Part shown: positions 1-9,003 of the stretch, piece by piece
Layout of the letters: the number at the start of each line of letters is the position of its first letter
Numbering within the stretch: the stretch's first letter is position 1
Assembly: GCA_041611735.1 (NCBI GenBank)
Contig: JBFIML010000053.1
Location: 1-25,158 of the forward strand
Length of the DNA: 25,158 bases
Direction of reading: 5' to 3'
From: Myxococcota bacterium
GTDB lineage: Bacteria; Myxococcota_A; UBA9160; PR03
Notes under the pieces: model-generated
The model's input: the letters and a program-made list of their open reading frames with translations, nothing else
Database searches by the model: none
Told to the model about the DNA's origin: nothing
Program-made: the position numbers and the translations under genes

Positions 1-576
1 CGTGGCGGGATCCCGGTCGGAAAGGGGCACCGGGGCGATGGCGTCGATCTGCTCGGAGGCGGCCAGCACGTGCATCAGCACCCCGCCCACGTACAGGAGG
101 CGCCGCAGCAGGACGTCCTCCGGGTGCTCGGGCAGGGCGCGGCGCAGGGCCGCTCCGAAGCGGGCCACCACCTGGCGGAACTGCTCGAGCAGGACGCGCC
201 GCGGCTCGTCGCCGCCCTCGAAATAGACGCGTGCGAACAGGTGCGCGACCAGCCGCCCGCGCTCGCCCAGGGCGCCGAAGGTGAGCACCGGCGGCGCCAG
301 GAAGGCTTCGAGCACTTCCTCGAGGTCGAGGGGGGCCTTGCCGCCGGCGGCCTCCAGGCGGTCCAGCCAAGCCAGGCGCTCGCCGTTCACCGGCGCCACG
401 CGACGCTGCACCACCGCCTCGAGCAGGGCCTCCTTCGAACCGAAGTGGTAGTGGACCGCCGCCAGGTTCACGCCCGCCTCGGCGGTGATGCTGCGCAGCG
501 AGGCGGCGTCGAAGCCCTCGCGGGCGAAGACCCCCTCCGCCGCGTCCAGGATGCGCTCCTTGGTGTCCGTCCCCAG
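1..576 (-). CDS. TetR/AcrR family transcriptional regulator, PsrA-like (3' end runs off the window)
   Basis: Not in the ORF track. Manual translation gives (L)GTDTKERILDAAEGVFAREGFDAASLRSITAEAGVNLAAVHYHFGSKEALLEAVVQRRV..., a classic TetR HTH. The frame is open to base 1, with an in-frame TAG at 600-598 upstream. GGAGG lies 8 nt before CTG at 576-574. Confidence 0.92.
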   Translation of the reverse strand, partial: MGTDTKERILDAAEGVFAREGFDAASLRSITAEAGVNLAAVHYHFGSKEALLEAVVQRRVAPVNGERLAWLDRLEAAGGKAPLDLEEVLEAFLAPPVLTFGALGERGRLVAHLFARVYFEGGDEPRRVLLEQFRQVVARFGAALRRALPEHPEDVLLRRLLYVGGVLMHVLAASEQIDAIAPVPLSDRDPAT

Positions 577-592
577 GGGTCGGCCCTCCGAG

Positions 593-620
593 TCAAACTA
601 TCGTTTGAAACGTACGTTTG
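593..620. promoter_or_regulatory. Two overlapping PsrA-type palindromic operator boxes
   Basis: CAAAC-TATC-GTTTG (594-607) and GAAAC-GTAC-GTTTG (607-620) match the known PsrA consensus (C/G)AAAC-N4-GTTT(G/C) and sit directly upstream of the TetR gene. Confidence 0.8.
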
Positions 621-636
621 TTTTATTCGCTGTCAA
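609..636 (-). promoter_or_regulatory. Sigma70-type promoter of the TetR gene
   Basis: Minus strand TTGACA (636-631), 16-nt spacer, TACGTT (614-609), inside an AT-rich patch of GC-rich DNA. Confidence 0.75.
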
Positions 637-681
637 GTTCCCTCGGGAAGGGACTGGGGCCGGGTGCCCGGGCGGTCGCCC

Positions 682-2670
682 CTACCAGTGGACGCCGGGG
701 ATCACGTGGGCGAAGGCCACGGCCTCGCTCGAGAGGTCCACCGCGGACTCGTCCCCGGGCCGGCCGCGCGCCGCCGCCGAATCCGGGAAGAGCCGATAGG
801 CGGTGGCCAGCACCGCGTCCACCGCCTTGGGGGCCATCGCGTAGGCCACCTCTCCGAAGACCCCGAGCCGCGTGGCGATCCGCTTGGGTCGCTCGATCAG
901 GGCCTCCGCCAGCAGGTCCGCGGCCTGCTCCACGGAGAGGGTCGGGAAGGCCTGGTAGATGCGCGTCGGCGCGATCATCTCGGTGCGCACGAGCGGCATG
1001 TAGACGGTCGTGATCGCGATCCCCTCGTCCAGCAGCTCCGAGGCGGCGCAGCGCGAGAAGGCGTCCAGCGCGGCCTTGGACGCCACGTAGGCCGAGAAGC
1101 GCGGCGGATTCGTCTGCACGCCGATCGAGGACACGTTCACGATGTGACCGTTCCCCTGCTCGCGCATGGCGGGCAGGAAGCCGAAGATGAGCTTGAGCGC
1201 CCCGAAATAGTTGAGCTGCATGGTGCGCTGGAAGTCGTGGAAGCGGTCCACCGAGAGGGCCAGGGAGCGGCGGATGGAACGGCCGGCGTTGTTCACGAGC
1301 ACGTCCACTCCGCCGTGCCGCTCCAGCACGTCGGCCACCAGAGCATCGACGTGGCTCAAGTCCGCGAGGTCGGCGGGATGCACGTGGGCCTTGCCGCCCG
1401 CTTCCTCGACCTGACGCCGCACGTCCACCAGCTTCTCCGCCGCGCGCGCCACCAGCAGGACCGTCGCGCCCGCCGCGCCGATGCGGAGCGCCGCGGCCCG
1501 TCCGATCCCCGACGAGGCCCCCGTCACCAGCACCCGCCGGCCCCCCACGGCACCGGCCAGGGTGCGGTCGCGGTGGAGGTCCGGGTCCAGGTTCCGCTCC
1601 CACCAGTCCCACAGCCGGTGCGCGTAGCTCTCGAGGGGTGGCAGCTCGATCCCGCTTCCCTCCAGCTCCCGGAAGGCGTCACGGCAGTCGAAGCGGGTGG
1701 GGTGGTTCACGTAACCGAGCACGCGGCGCGGGATGCCCAGGTCCGCCAGCACCTGGTCGGCGATGCGCCGGACGGGCGGGAGCTTGGCGAAGCCGCTGCG
1801 AAGCGCCGGAGGCACCACCCCGACCGCCCGGGCGTCGAGACGCAGCGCGAACTCCGGAGCGTGGCCCGCCCGGGCGAAGACGTTCAGCACCTCGCCGGCG
1901 GTCTTCGGGTGCGGGTCCACCAGGTGGAAGGCGCGGCCATCGAGCCCCTGTCGGTGCGCCAGGTGGGCCAGGGCGTGCGCCACGAAGTCCACGGGCACGA
2001 GCGGCAGGTGCGAGCCCTGGATGCCGACGAGCGGCATCCAGGGCGGCACCGTCCGGCGCAGCTTCTGGATCAGCTTGAAGAAGTAGTAGGGCCCGTCCAC
2101 CTTGTCCATCTCGCCGGTCTGGCTGTGCCCCACCACGATGCCCGGCCGGTACACGCGCCAGGGAATGCGACAGGTGCGGCGCACCAGCGCCTCGGACTCG
2201 TGCTTCGTGCGGAAGTAGGGGTCGTCGAGCCCCTCGGCCTCCTCGAACATGTCCTCGCGGAAGATGCCCGGGTAGCGGCCCGCGGCGGCGATCGAGCTCA
2301 CGTGGTGGAAGCGTCCGGCCCGCAGGGCGTGGGCGCACTCCAGGGCGCGCCGCGTTCCCTCCACGTTCGCGGCGCCCAGGGCCTCCGCGTCGGCAGTCAT
2401 GTCGTAGAGGGCGGCCAGGTGGAAGAAGTGGTCGATGCGGCCGCCCAGCTCGCCGAGGGCGTCGTCGTCCAGGCCGAGCCGCTCGCGCTCCAGGTCGCCC
2501 ACCACCGGATGCACCCGCTCCGCCGCGGCGCCCCAGCGCCGGGCCCGCTCCGCGAGGCCGCCCCGGGATTCCTGGCGCACCAGCGCATGGACCGTGCCGC
2601 CGCGGCCGAGCAGGCACTCGATCAGGTGCCGGCCGATGAAGCCGGTCCCGCCCGTCACGAAGTAGTGCAT
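682..2670 (-). CDS. Two-domain SDR fatty acyl-CoA reductase (Maqu_2507/AcrA1-like)
   Basis: 662 aa. N-terminal extended SDR (TGGTGFIG, YFRTK) plus C-terminal classical SDR (TGASSGIG, NNAGRSIRR, YVASK). The WERNLDPDL linker and terminal G-x-x-W are as in alcohol-forming acyl-CoA reductases. Confidence 0.9.
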   Translation of the reverse strand: MHYFVTGGTGFIGRHLIECLLGRGGTVHALVRQESRGGLAERARRWGAAAERVHPVVGDLERERLGLDDDALGELGGRIDHFFHLAALYDMTADAEALGAANVEGTRRALECAHALRAGRFHHVSSIAAAGRYPGIFREDMFEEAEGLDDPYFRTKHESEALVRRTCRIPWRVYRPGIVVGHSQTGEMDKVDGPYYFFKLIQKLRRTVPPWMPLVGIQGSHLPLVPVDFVAHALAHLAHRQGLDGRAFHLVDPHPKTAGEVLNVFARAGHAPEFALRLDARAVGVVPPALRSGFAKLPPVRRIADQVLADLGIPRRVLGYVNHPTRFDCRDAFRELEGSGIELPPLESYAHRLWDWWERNLDPDLHRDRTLAGAVGGRRVLVTGASSGIGRAAALRIGAAGATVLLVARAAEKLVDVRRQVEEAGGKAHVHPADLADLSHVDALVADVLERHGGVDVLVNNAGRSIRRSLALSVDRFHDFQRTMQLNYFGALKLIFGFLPAMREQGNGHIVNVSSIGVQTNPPRFSAYVASKAALDAFSRCAASELLDEGIAITTVYMPLVRTEMIAPTRIYQAFPTLSVEQAADLLAEALIERPKRIATRLGVFGEVAYAMAPKAVDAVLATAYRLFPDSAAARGRPGDESAVDLSSEAVAFAHVIPGVHW

Positions 2671-2757
2671 GGGGGGTCCTCCGTCCCGAATAGCTTACAA
2701 CGCTCGACGGGAAGCCACGGATCGTGGTATCCGGAGGTGGGGGACGGAGGCCACGCC

Positions 2758-4287
2758 TTGCGCAAGCGATGGCTCTCCCTCGGCCTGCTCGCCGTCGCCG
2801 CCCTCGCAGCGCCCGCGGCCCAGGCGGGTCGCGTCGATCCCCTCGCCCTGCCGGCACTCCATGCGGAGCCCGATCCGGTGGCGGGCGGGCGCATCGTGGA
2901 CGCCCTGGGCCGCGAGGTCCTGCTGCGCGGCGTAAACGTGAATGCGTTCGTCGAGTACTGGGCCTACGACCCCGGTCTCTTCACCACCTATCCCTTCACG
3001 CCCGAGGACGCCGACCGCATCGCCGGGATGGGCTGGAACGTGGTGCGGCTGCTGGTGAGCTGGTCGCGCGTGGAGCCCGAGCCAGGCCGCTACGACGACG
3101 CCTACCTGGACGGCGTGCTCGCGGCCGTCGGGCTGCTGGCGAGTCGCGGCGTCTACAGCATCGTGGATCTGCACCAGGACGCCTGGGGTCCGGCGCTGGC
3201 GGCGCGGCCCGACGAGGCGTGCGCCGGGGTGCCGCCCGCCTTCGGCTGGGACGGGGCGCCCGCCTGGGCCACCCTGGACCGCGGGGCGCCACGCTGCACC
3301 GGTGGGCTGCGCGAGCTCTCGCCCGCGGTGATCGCCGCCTTCCAGGCCTTCTGGGACGATGCCGAGGGGCCTGGCGGCGTCGGGATCCGCACCCGCTACG
3401 TGCGCATGCTGCGCCACGTGGCCGAGCGCTTCGCGCCCTTCGACGCCGTCGCCGGCTACGACGTCATGAACGAGCCAAACGCCATCTTCCTGGTGCCGGG
3501 CCACCTGGAGGCGCTCGCCGACTTCTACGGCGACGCCCTGGTGGAGATCCGCGCCGGCGAACGCGCCGCCTTTGCCCCGTCCCGGCTCGTGTTCTTCGAG
3601 CCGGGCATCACCTGGGCGGACCTCGGAGCAGGTGTTCCCCCGCACTTCCCCCACGACGACCAGATCGTGTATGCGCCACACATCTACCAGGGCGGGATCA
3701 GCGTGGTCCCCCTCTCGGAGCGGGAGTTCGAGCGGGCGCGCGCGGAGGCGGCTCGTTTCGGCGGCGCCCCGGTGCTGAGCGGCGAGTGGGGCACCGATCC
3801 GCAGCGCGCCTCCGACCCCGAGGACGACTACTTCGAGCGTCACCAGGCCCTGCAGGACGCCTTCCGCTTCGGTGCCACCCTGTGGACCTGGCGCGAGGCC
3901 TGCGGAGACCCGCACAAGGCCGGCGACGTGCGCGCCGGACGCATCCCCTTCGTGTGGGGGCTGTTCGACGTGGACTGCGCCACCCACACGCTGCGCGGCT
4001 TGCGCGAGGACCTGGTAGCGGTGCTGCGGCGCCCGGCCCTGCGCGCGGCGCCCGGGCCGATCGGCTCCGTGGCCTGGGACCCGGAGCGGGGGATCTTCGA
4101 GGCTTCCGGCGAGGGGGCGCGGCGCCACACCCCCTTCGTGGTCTTCGTGCCGGGCGAGCGCCGCGGACGCCCGCGCATCCAGGCCCGGGGGCTGCTCGGG
4201 GTCCACCGCGTCCCCGCGCCGGACGGGGCCTACTTCGTGGTGGGCCGGGCCCGGGGCGGTGCCTGGCGCCTCGCGATCCGTCCCTGA
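2758..4287 (+). CDS. Secreted glycoside hydrolase family 5, endoglycoceramidase-like
   Basis: 3' part of ORF 70..4287. TTG start at 2758 with GGAGG 7 nt upstream. Signal peptide MRKRWLSLGLLAVAALAAPAAQA; motifs GREVLLRGVNVN, DLHQD, GWDGAPAWA, acid/base YDVMNEP, nucleophile LSGEWG. Confidence 0.88.
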   Translation: MRKRWLSLGLLAVAALAAPAAQAGRVDPLALPALHAEPDPVAGGRIVDALGREVLLRGVNVNAFVEYWAYDPGLFTTYPFTPEDADRIAGMGWNVVRLLVSWSRVEPEPGRYDDAYLDGVLAAVGLLASRGVYSIVDLHQDAWGPALAARPDEACAGVPPAFGWDGAPAWATLDRGAPRCTGGLRELSPAVIAAFQAFWDDAEGPGGVGIRTRYVRMLRHVAERFAPFDAVAGYDVMNEPNAIFLVPGHLEALADFYGDALVEIRAGERAAFAPSRLVFFEPGITWADLGAGVPPHFPHDDQIVYAPHIYQGGISVVPLSEREFERARAEAARFGGAPVLSGEWGTDPQRASDPEDDYFERHQALQDAFRFGATLWTWREACGDPHKAGDVRAGRIPFVWGLFDVDCATHTLRGLREDLVAVLRRPALRAAPGPIGSVAWDPERGIFEASGEGARRHTPFVVFVPGERRGRPRIQARGLLGVHRVPAPDGAYFVVGRARGGAWRLAIRP

Positions 4288-4329
4288 TCCACCCTCCGGG
4301 AGCCGGTCCTGGGGTACGCTCCCGCGCCC

Positions 4330-6000
4330 ATGGCGACCGACCCCCACGTCGCGCCCGACGTCCGGCCCCGCCCCATCCTCCAGGTGGCCGCCGAGCTCGG
4401 ACTCGAGCCCTCGGACCTGCGCCTCTACGGCGAAGACGTGGCCAAGATCGACCCGGCGCTGCTCCTGCGGCCCCGTCCCCGGGCCGGGGCGGGGCGCCTG
4501 ATCCTGGTCTCGGCCATCACGCCGACGCCTGCGGGCGAGGGCAAGACCACCACGAGCATCGGCCTCGGCCAGGCCTTCGCGCGCCTCGGGGAGTCGGCCT
4601 GCCTCGCCCTGCGCCAGCCGTCCCTGGGCCCCGCCCTGGGCATGAAGGGGGGAGCCACCGGCGGCGGACGCAGTCAGCTGCGACCCGCGGAGCGCATCAA
4701 CCTCCACTTCACCGGCGACTTCCACGCCGTGACGTCGGCCCACAACCTGCTGGCGGCACTCCTCGACAACCACCTCTACTTCGGCAACCCGCTGCGCGTC
4801 GATCCGCGGCGCATCCTGTGGCGCCGCGTGATCGACCTGAACGACCGGGCCCTGCGCAACGTGATCGTGGGCCTCGGCGGTCCCGGGCAGGGCGTGCCCC
4901 GGGAGACCGGCTTCGACATCACGGCTGCCTCCGAGGTGATGGCCATGCTGTGCCTGGCCGAGGACGCGGAGGACCTGCGCCGCCGCATGGACCGCCTGCT
5001 GGTGGCCTTCACCTACGAGGGCGAACCCGTGACGGCCGCGAGGCTGCAGGCCTCCGGAGCCATGCTGGCGCTGCTCCAGGACGCCCTGTGGCCGAACCTC
5101 GTGCAGACCCTGGAGGGAACGCCCGCGCTGGTGCACGGCGGGCCCTTTGCGAACATCGCCCACGGCTGCAGCAGCGTGATCGCCACCCGCATGGCCCTGC
5201 ACCGGGCCGACTGGGCCATCACCGAGGCCGGCTTCGGCTTCGATCTCGGCGCCGAGAAGTTCTTCGACATCAAGTGCCGCAGCGCCGGCCTCGACCCCGC
5301 GGCGGTCGTACTGGTCGCGACGCTCCGGGCGCTCAAGGTCCACGGTGGCGTGGGGCTCGCCGAGGCGGCGCGTCCGGACCCCCGGGCGGTCGAACGCGGA
5401 CTTCCGAATCTCGAGAAGCACGTGGAGAACATCCGGGCCTTCGGCGAGGTGCCGGTCGTGGCCCTGAACCGCTTCGCCGGGGACCGGGAGGAGGAGATCG
5501 CCGTGGTGCGGGGCGCCTGCCAGGCGCTGGACGTGCCCTTCGCGGTCTCGGAGCCCTACGGCCAGGGGGGCGTCGGCGCCGAGGCCCTGGCTCGCACCGT
5601 GATGGCCCACGCCGAGCGCCGCCCGCGGCTCTTCCGGCCGCTCTACGACCTCTCCCAGCCCGTGGCCGAGAAGGTGCTCGTCGTGGCCCGTACCCTGTAC
5701 GGCGCCCGGGGCGTGGTCTTCACCCGCGAGGCGCAGCGGGACCTGGGCGACGTGGAGCGCCTGGGCTACGGGGGGCTTCCCGTCTGCATTGCCAAGACGC
5801 CCACCTCCCTCTCCGACGACCCGAAGCTCGCCGGGCGGCCCGACGGCTTCGACGTGACCGTGCGCCGCGTCCAGATCAACGCGGGCGCCGGGTTCCTGGT
5901 GGTGCTGACGGGCGACATCCTGCGCATGCCGGGCCTTCCGCGACGGCCTCTCGCGGAGCGCCTGGACCTGCACGACGGGCGCATCGTCGGGCTCGCGTGA
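4330..6000 (+). CDS. fhs: Formate--tetrahydrofolate ligase
   Basis: 556 aa with TPTPAGEGKTTT, INLHFTGDFHA, HGGPFANIAHG, TEAGFGFDLGAEKFFDIKCR and MPGLP. Confidence 0.98.
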   Translation: MATDPHVAPDVRPRPILQVAAELGLEPSDLRLYGEDVAKIDPALLLRPRPRAGAGRLILVSAITPTPAGEGKTTTSIGLGQAFARLGESACLALRQPSLGPALGMKGGATGGGRSQLRPAERINLHFTGDFHAVTSAHNLLAALLDNHLYFGNPLRVDPRRILWRRVIDLNDRALRNVIVGLGGPGQGVPRETGFDITAASEVMAMLCLAEDAEDLRRRMDRLLVAFTYEGEPVTAARLQASGAMLALLQDALWPNLVQTLEGTPALVHGGPFANIAHGCSSVIATRMALHRADWAITEAGFGFDLGAEKFFDIKCRSAGLDPAAVVLVATLRALKVHGGVGLAEAARPDPRAVERGLPNLEKHVENIRAFGEVPVVALNRFAGDREEEIAVVRGACQALDVPFAVSEPYGQGGVGAEALARTVMAHAERRPRLFRPLYDLSQPVAEKVLVVARTLYGARGVVFTREAQRDLGDVERLGYGGLPVCIAKTPTSLSDDPKLAGRPDGFDVTVRRVQINAGAGFLVVLTGDILRMPGLPRRPLAERLDLHDGRIVGLA

Positions 6001-6088
6001 TTCCCTCGAGTCGCACCGGCCACCCGACACGGTATGCTGTCCCATCCGGGTGAAGCGCCCTCGAGCGCCCGTGCCCGCCGGAAAGGCC

Positions 6089-6123
6089 CATGAGCCGCGC
6101 ACATGAGCCACCGCACATGAGCT
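6089..6123 (+). repeat. Triple imperfect tandem repeat (CATGAGC core, 13-14 bp period) at the carbamoyltransferase start
   Basis: catgagccgcgca / catgagccaccgca / catgagct; ATGs at 6090, 6103 and 6117. Confidence 0.7.
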
Positions 6124-7817
6124 ACCTGCTGGGCGTCAATTGCAGCGGATTCCACTCCTCCGCGTGCCTGCTGACCCGCGAGGGCATCCACACCGCCATC
6201 TGCGAGGAGCGTCTCAGCCGGGTCAAACAGGATCGCCGCTTCCCCCTGGCCGCCATCGAGTACTGCCTGGGCGCGGCGGGGCTCGACATCCACGACGTGG
6301 ACCACGTCTTCATCGGCTGGCACCCGCGCTTCTATCTCCAGATGTCCGACCGGACCCTGCAGGACGCCTTTCGGAACCGCGGCAAGCTCGCCTACCTGGC
6401 CCTCAACGAGCTGGCCACCTTGAGTCGCCGCGAGATCACGGACGTGGCCGAGCGACTCTTCCACGGCAAGCGGGAGCTGGAGATCCGCTTCGTCGACCAC
6501 CACCAGGCCCATCTCGACAACGCCTTCTTCCAGTCGGGCTTCGAGCGGGCCGACTTCCTCATGCTGGATGGGTTCGGCGAGATGGCCAGCGGCTCGTGCG
6601 GATCCGTGGCGCGCGACCGGGTCGATCCACAGGCCACCTTTCGCACGCCCCACTCCCTGGGGAGCTTCTACTCCGCCTTCACCGACTTCCTGGGCTTCCG
6701 GCCGAACCAAGACGAATGGAAGGTGATGGCCCTCGCCGCGCTCGGCGACCCGGAGCGCGACTACGAGCGCGTCCGCCGCCTGGTGCGCGTGGACGGCCTG
6801 CACCTCGAATTGGACCTGAGCTACTTCGAGCACTTTCTCTTCTTCACACCCCGCCACTTCAGCCCGAAGTTCGTCGCCGAGTTCGGCGCTCCCCTGGAGC
6901 CGGGTGCGGAGCCGGAGCCGCGTCACGCGGACCTCGTCGCTGCGGTCCAACGCGTGAGCGAGGAGGCAGTCTTCGCCCTGCTGCGGACCCTGGCCGCGCG
7001 CGCCGGCAACGACCAGCTCGTCCTGGGCGGCGGCTACTTCATGAACTCCGTGTGCAACGGGAAGCTGGTGGACCAGACGCCCTACCGGGAGGTCTTCGTG
7101 GGCGGAAGCCCCGATGACTCGGGCGTCGCCCTGGGCAGTGCGCTCCACGGTGCCCACCGACGGCTCGGCTGGGAGCCGGCGCGCACCCGCGCCCGTCACA
7201 ACTACTTCGGTCGCACCTACGACGGGGCGGAGGTCCTGCAGGAGCTCGAGCGACGCAAGATCCGTCACCGGCGCCTCGACGACCCAACCGAGACGGCGGC
7301 GCAGCTCCTTCGCCAGGGCAAGATCGTCGGGTGGTTCCAGGGTGCGGCGGAGTTCGGTCAGCGAGCCCTCGGCAACCGCAGCATCCTCGCCGACCCCACG
7401 CTGGCCTCCATGAAGGACACGGTCAACCGGTCCGTGAAGTATCGCGAGCATTTTCGTCCCTTTGCACCTTCGGTCCTGAAGGAGCGCCAAGGCGAACTCT
7501 TCAGCGGCCTCGACGAGGGGGGCGGCTACTTCATGGAGAAGGTCTTCCCGTTCAAGCCCGAGTGGAGCGGGCGCCTCCCTGCGGTCAGCCATTTCGACGG
7601 AACCGGCCGCCTGCACACCGTGGACGCCGACGTGAACCCGCTCTTCCACCGCCTGATCTGCGAGTTCGAGAAACTCTCCGGCGCGCCCGTCGTGCTCAAC
7701 ACCTCCTTCAACACCAGCGGCATGCCGTTGGTCGAGACGCCGGGCGACGCCCTCGACTGCTTCTACAGCAGCGGGATCGACGCCCTGGTTCTCGGCGATC
7801 GTCTCGTCGAGAAGTGA
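6117..7817 (+). CDS. Carbamoyltransferase, NodU/CmcH/TobZ family
   Basis: HSSACLL, EERLSRVK, HHQAH, LDGFGE, SLGSFYS, EWKVMALA, EFGQRALGNRSILADP, KYREHFRPFAPS, LNTSFN. An alternative in-frame ATG lies at 6090. Confidence 0.95.
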   Translation: MSYLLGVNCSGFHSSACLLTREGIHTAICEERLSRVKQDRRFPLAAIEYCLGAAGLDIHDVDHVFIGWHPRFYLQMSDRTLQDAFRNRGKLAYLALNELATLSRREITDVAERLFHGKRELEIRFVDHHQAHLDNAFFQSGFERADFLMLDGFGEMASGSCGSVARDRVDPQATFRTPHSLGSFYSAFTDFLGFRPNQDEWKVMALAALGDPERDYERVRRLVRVDGLHLELDLSYFEHFLFFTPRHFSPKFVAEFGAPLEPGAEPEPRHADLVAAVQRVSEEAVFALLRTLAARAGNDQLVLGGGYFMNSVCNGKLVDQTPYREVFVGGSPDDSGVALGSALHGAHRRLGWEPARTRARHNYFGRTYDGAEVLQELERRKIRHRRLDDPTETAAQLLRQGKIVGWFQGAAEFGQRALGNRSILADPTLASMKDTVNRSVKYREHFRPFAPSVLKERQGELFSGLDEGGGYFMEKVFPFKPEWSGRLPAVSHFDGTGRLHTVDADVNPLFHRLICEFEKLSGAPVVLNTSFNTSGMPLVETPGDALDCFYSSGIDALVLGDRLVEK

Positions 7818-7846
7818 GGCGCACCCCGGCGGCCGACGCAGCAGCG

Positions 7847-8929
7847 ATGCGCAGCGCGGAGATCGATTGTCTCACCAACGGCGCTCCGCACGCGCCCGAG
7901 GCCCGCTCCCTCCACGAGTTCCTTCGCTGCCTGGCGGGCCACGCCGAGTACGACTTCGTACGCTGCTACGTGGCGTTCGACCTCTACAACAAGACCAAGA
8001 AGATGCAGGAGGGCGACTTCGAGATCGCCGACTTCCGCCGCTGCCTGCGCGAGTGCACGGATACGGCGCGGACGCTGGCCCGGAACCAGTCCGCCCATCG
8101 TGACTTCCTGGCCCGGGACGGCGGCGGAGGTGCCGGGGAGGGTGGCGTGGAGGCGCGCACGCGGCTCCTCTACGGCGCCCTGTTCGAGGACTTCGACGAG
8201 CGCGACTACTACGACGCGTCCTGCTCGATCCTCCAGCAGCGCCTCGCAGTGAACGGCGTGGCGATCGCCTCGGGCGCGGCGGCGCTGGACGATGGCTGCG
8301 GGGGCGGGCGCTTCACCCTGGCGCTCAGGCAGATGGGGTGCCGGGTCGTGCACGGAGTCGACCTGAGCCGGGCCAACATCGAGACGGCGCTGCGCCGTCG
8401 GGATGCCCGGCAGATCGACGGCGTGCACTACCACGTGGCCAGCGTGCTCGAGCTGCCCTTCCGGGCCGCCTGCTTCGACTTCGTGTTCTGCAACGGGGTG
8501 CTGCACCACACCCGGGCTCCGATCGAGACGGGTCTCCGGGAGATCCACCGGGTGCTGCGGCCCGGCGGAGAGCTCTTCCTGGCCCTGATGGAGAAGCCGG
8601 GCGGCGTCCTCTTCGACGCCATCGAGCTCCTGCGGGAGGGCATGAAGGACGTACCGCTGGACTTCGCCATGGCGGCCCTGCGCATGCTGGGTCTGCGCGG
8701 CTTCCGGCTCTACTCGTTGCTGGACCACGTGATGGTGCCGATCAACCTGCGCTCCACTCCCCAGGAGGTGGAGGCGGCGATCGAGGGGGCGGGCTTCCGG
8801 GGCCATCGGCGGCTCCTGCGTGGTCTCGCCACGGATCGCATCGAGAAGCTCCACCGGCTGGGCGGGAAAGACCCCGACGCGATCTGGAAGTACGGAGTCG
8901 GGGAGAACAAGTACCTGTGCGTGAAGTGA
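7847..8929 (+). CDS. Class I SAM-dependent methyltransferase with N-terminal extension
   Basis: Motif I ALDDGCGGGRF, GVDLS, LPF..FDFVFCNGVLHH, EIHRVLRPGG. Start is ATG 7847, or in-frame GTG 7814 overlapping the upstream stop (GTGA). Confidence 0.88.
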   Translation: MRSAEIDCLTNGAPHAPEARSLHEFLRCLAGHAEYDFVRCYVAFDLYNKTKKMQEGDFEIADFRRCLRECTDTARTLARNQSAHRDFLARDGGGGAGEGGVEARTRLLYGALFEDFDERDYYDASCSILQQRLAVNGVAIASGAAALDDGCGGGRFTLALRQMGCRVVHGVDLSRANIETALRRRDARQIDGVHYHVASVLELPFRAACFDFVFCNGVLHHTRAPIETGLREIHRVLRPGGELFLALMEKPGGVLFDAIELLREGMKDVPLDFAMAALRMLGLRGFRLYSLLDHVMVPINLRSTPQEVEAAIEGAGFRGHRRLLRGLATDRIEKLHRLGGKDPDAIWKYGVGENKYLCVK

Positions 8930-9003
8930 GGCGGGGTCCGTCTGCGGCGGCTCCCGTGCGGATCGGGCTTCAAGATCGCTTGCGCTCATCCGAAACGCCG
9001 GGC

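Noticed and set aside
70-2757. 5' two-thirds of the 1405-aa ORF 70..4287 as a giant fusion protein
   Set aside because: It is the antisense shadow of the TetR and reductase genes. The real GH5 gene starts at TTG 2758 with its own RBS and signal peptide.
4330-6000. fhs as evidence of a Wood-Ljungdahl pathway
   Set aside because: fhs is widespread in one-carbon metabolism, and no acs/cooS/folD/metF genes are in the window.
2695-6111. 1138-aa minus-strand and 1109-aa plus-strand ORFs, and similar long overlapping ORFs elsewhere
   Set aside because: Stop-poor alternative frames of high-GC genes, with Arg/Pro/Gly-rich or antisense-type composition and no motifs.
7811-8933. Identical GAAGTGAGGCG at the ends of the carbamoyltransferase and methyltransferase genes
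   Set aside because: Largely explained by both genes ending in Lys(AAG)-TGA in GC-rich DNA; too short to call a repeat element.
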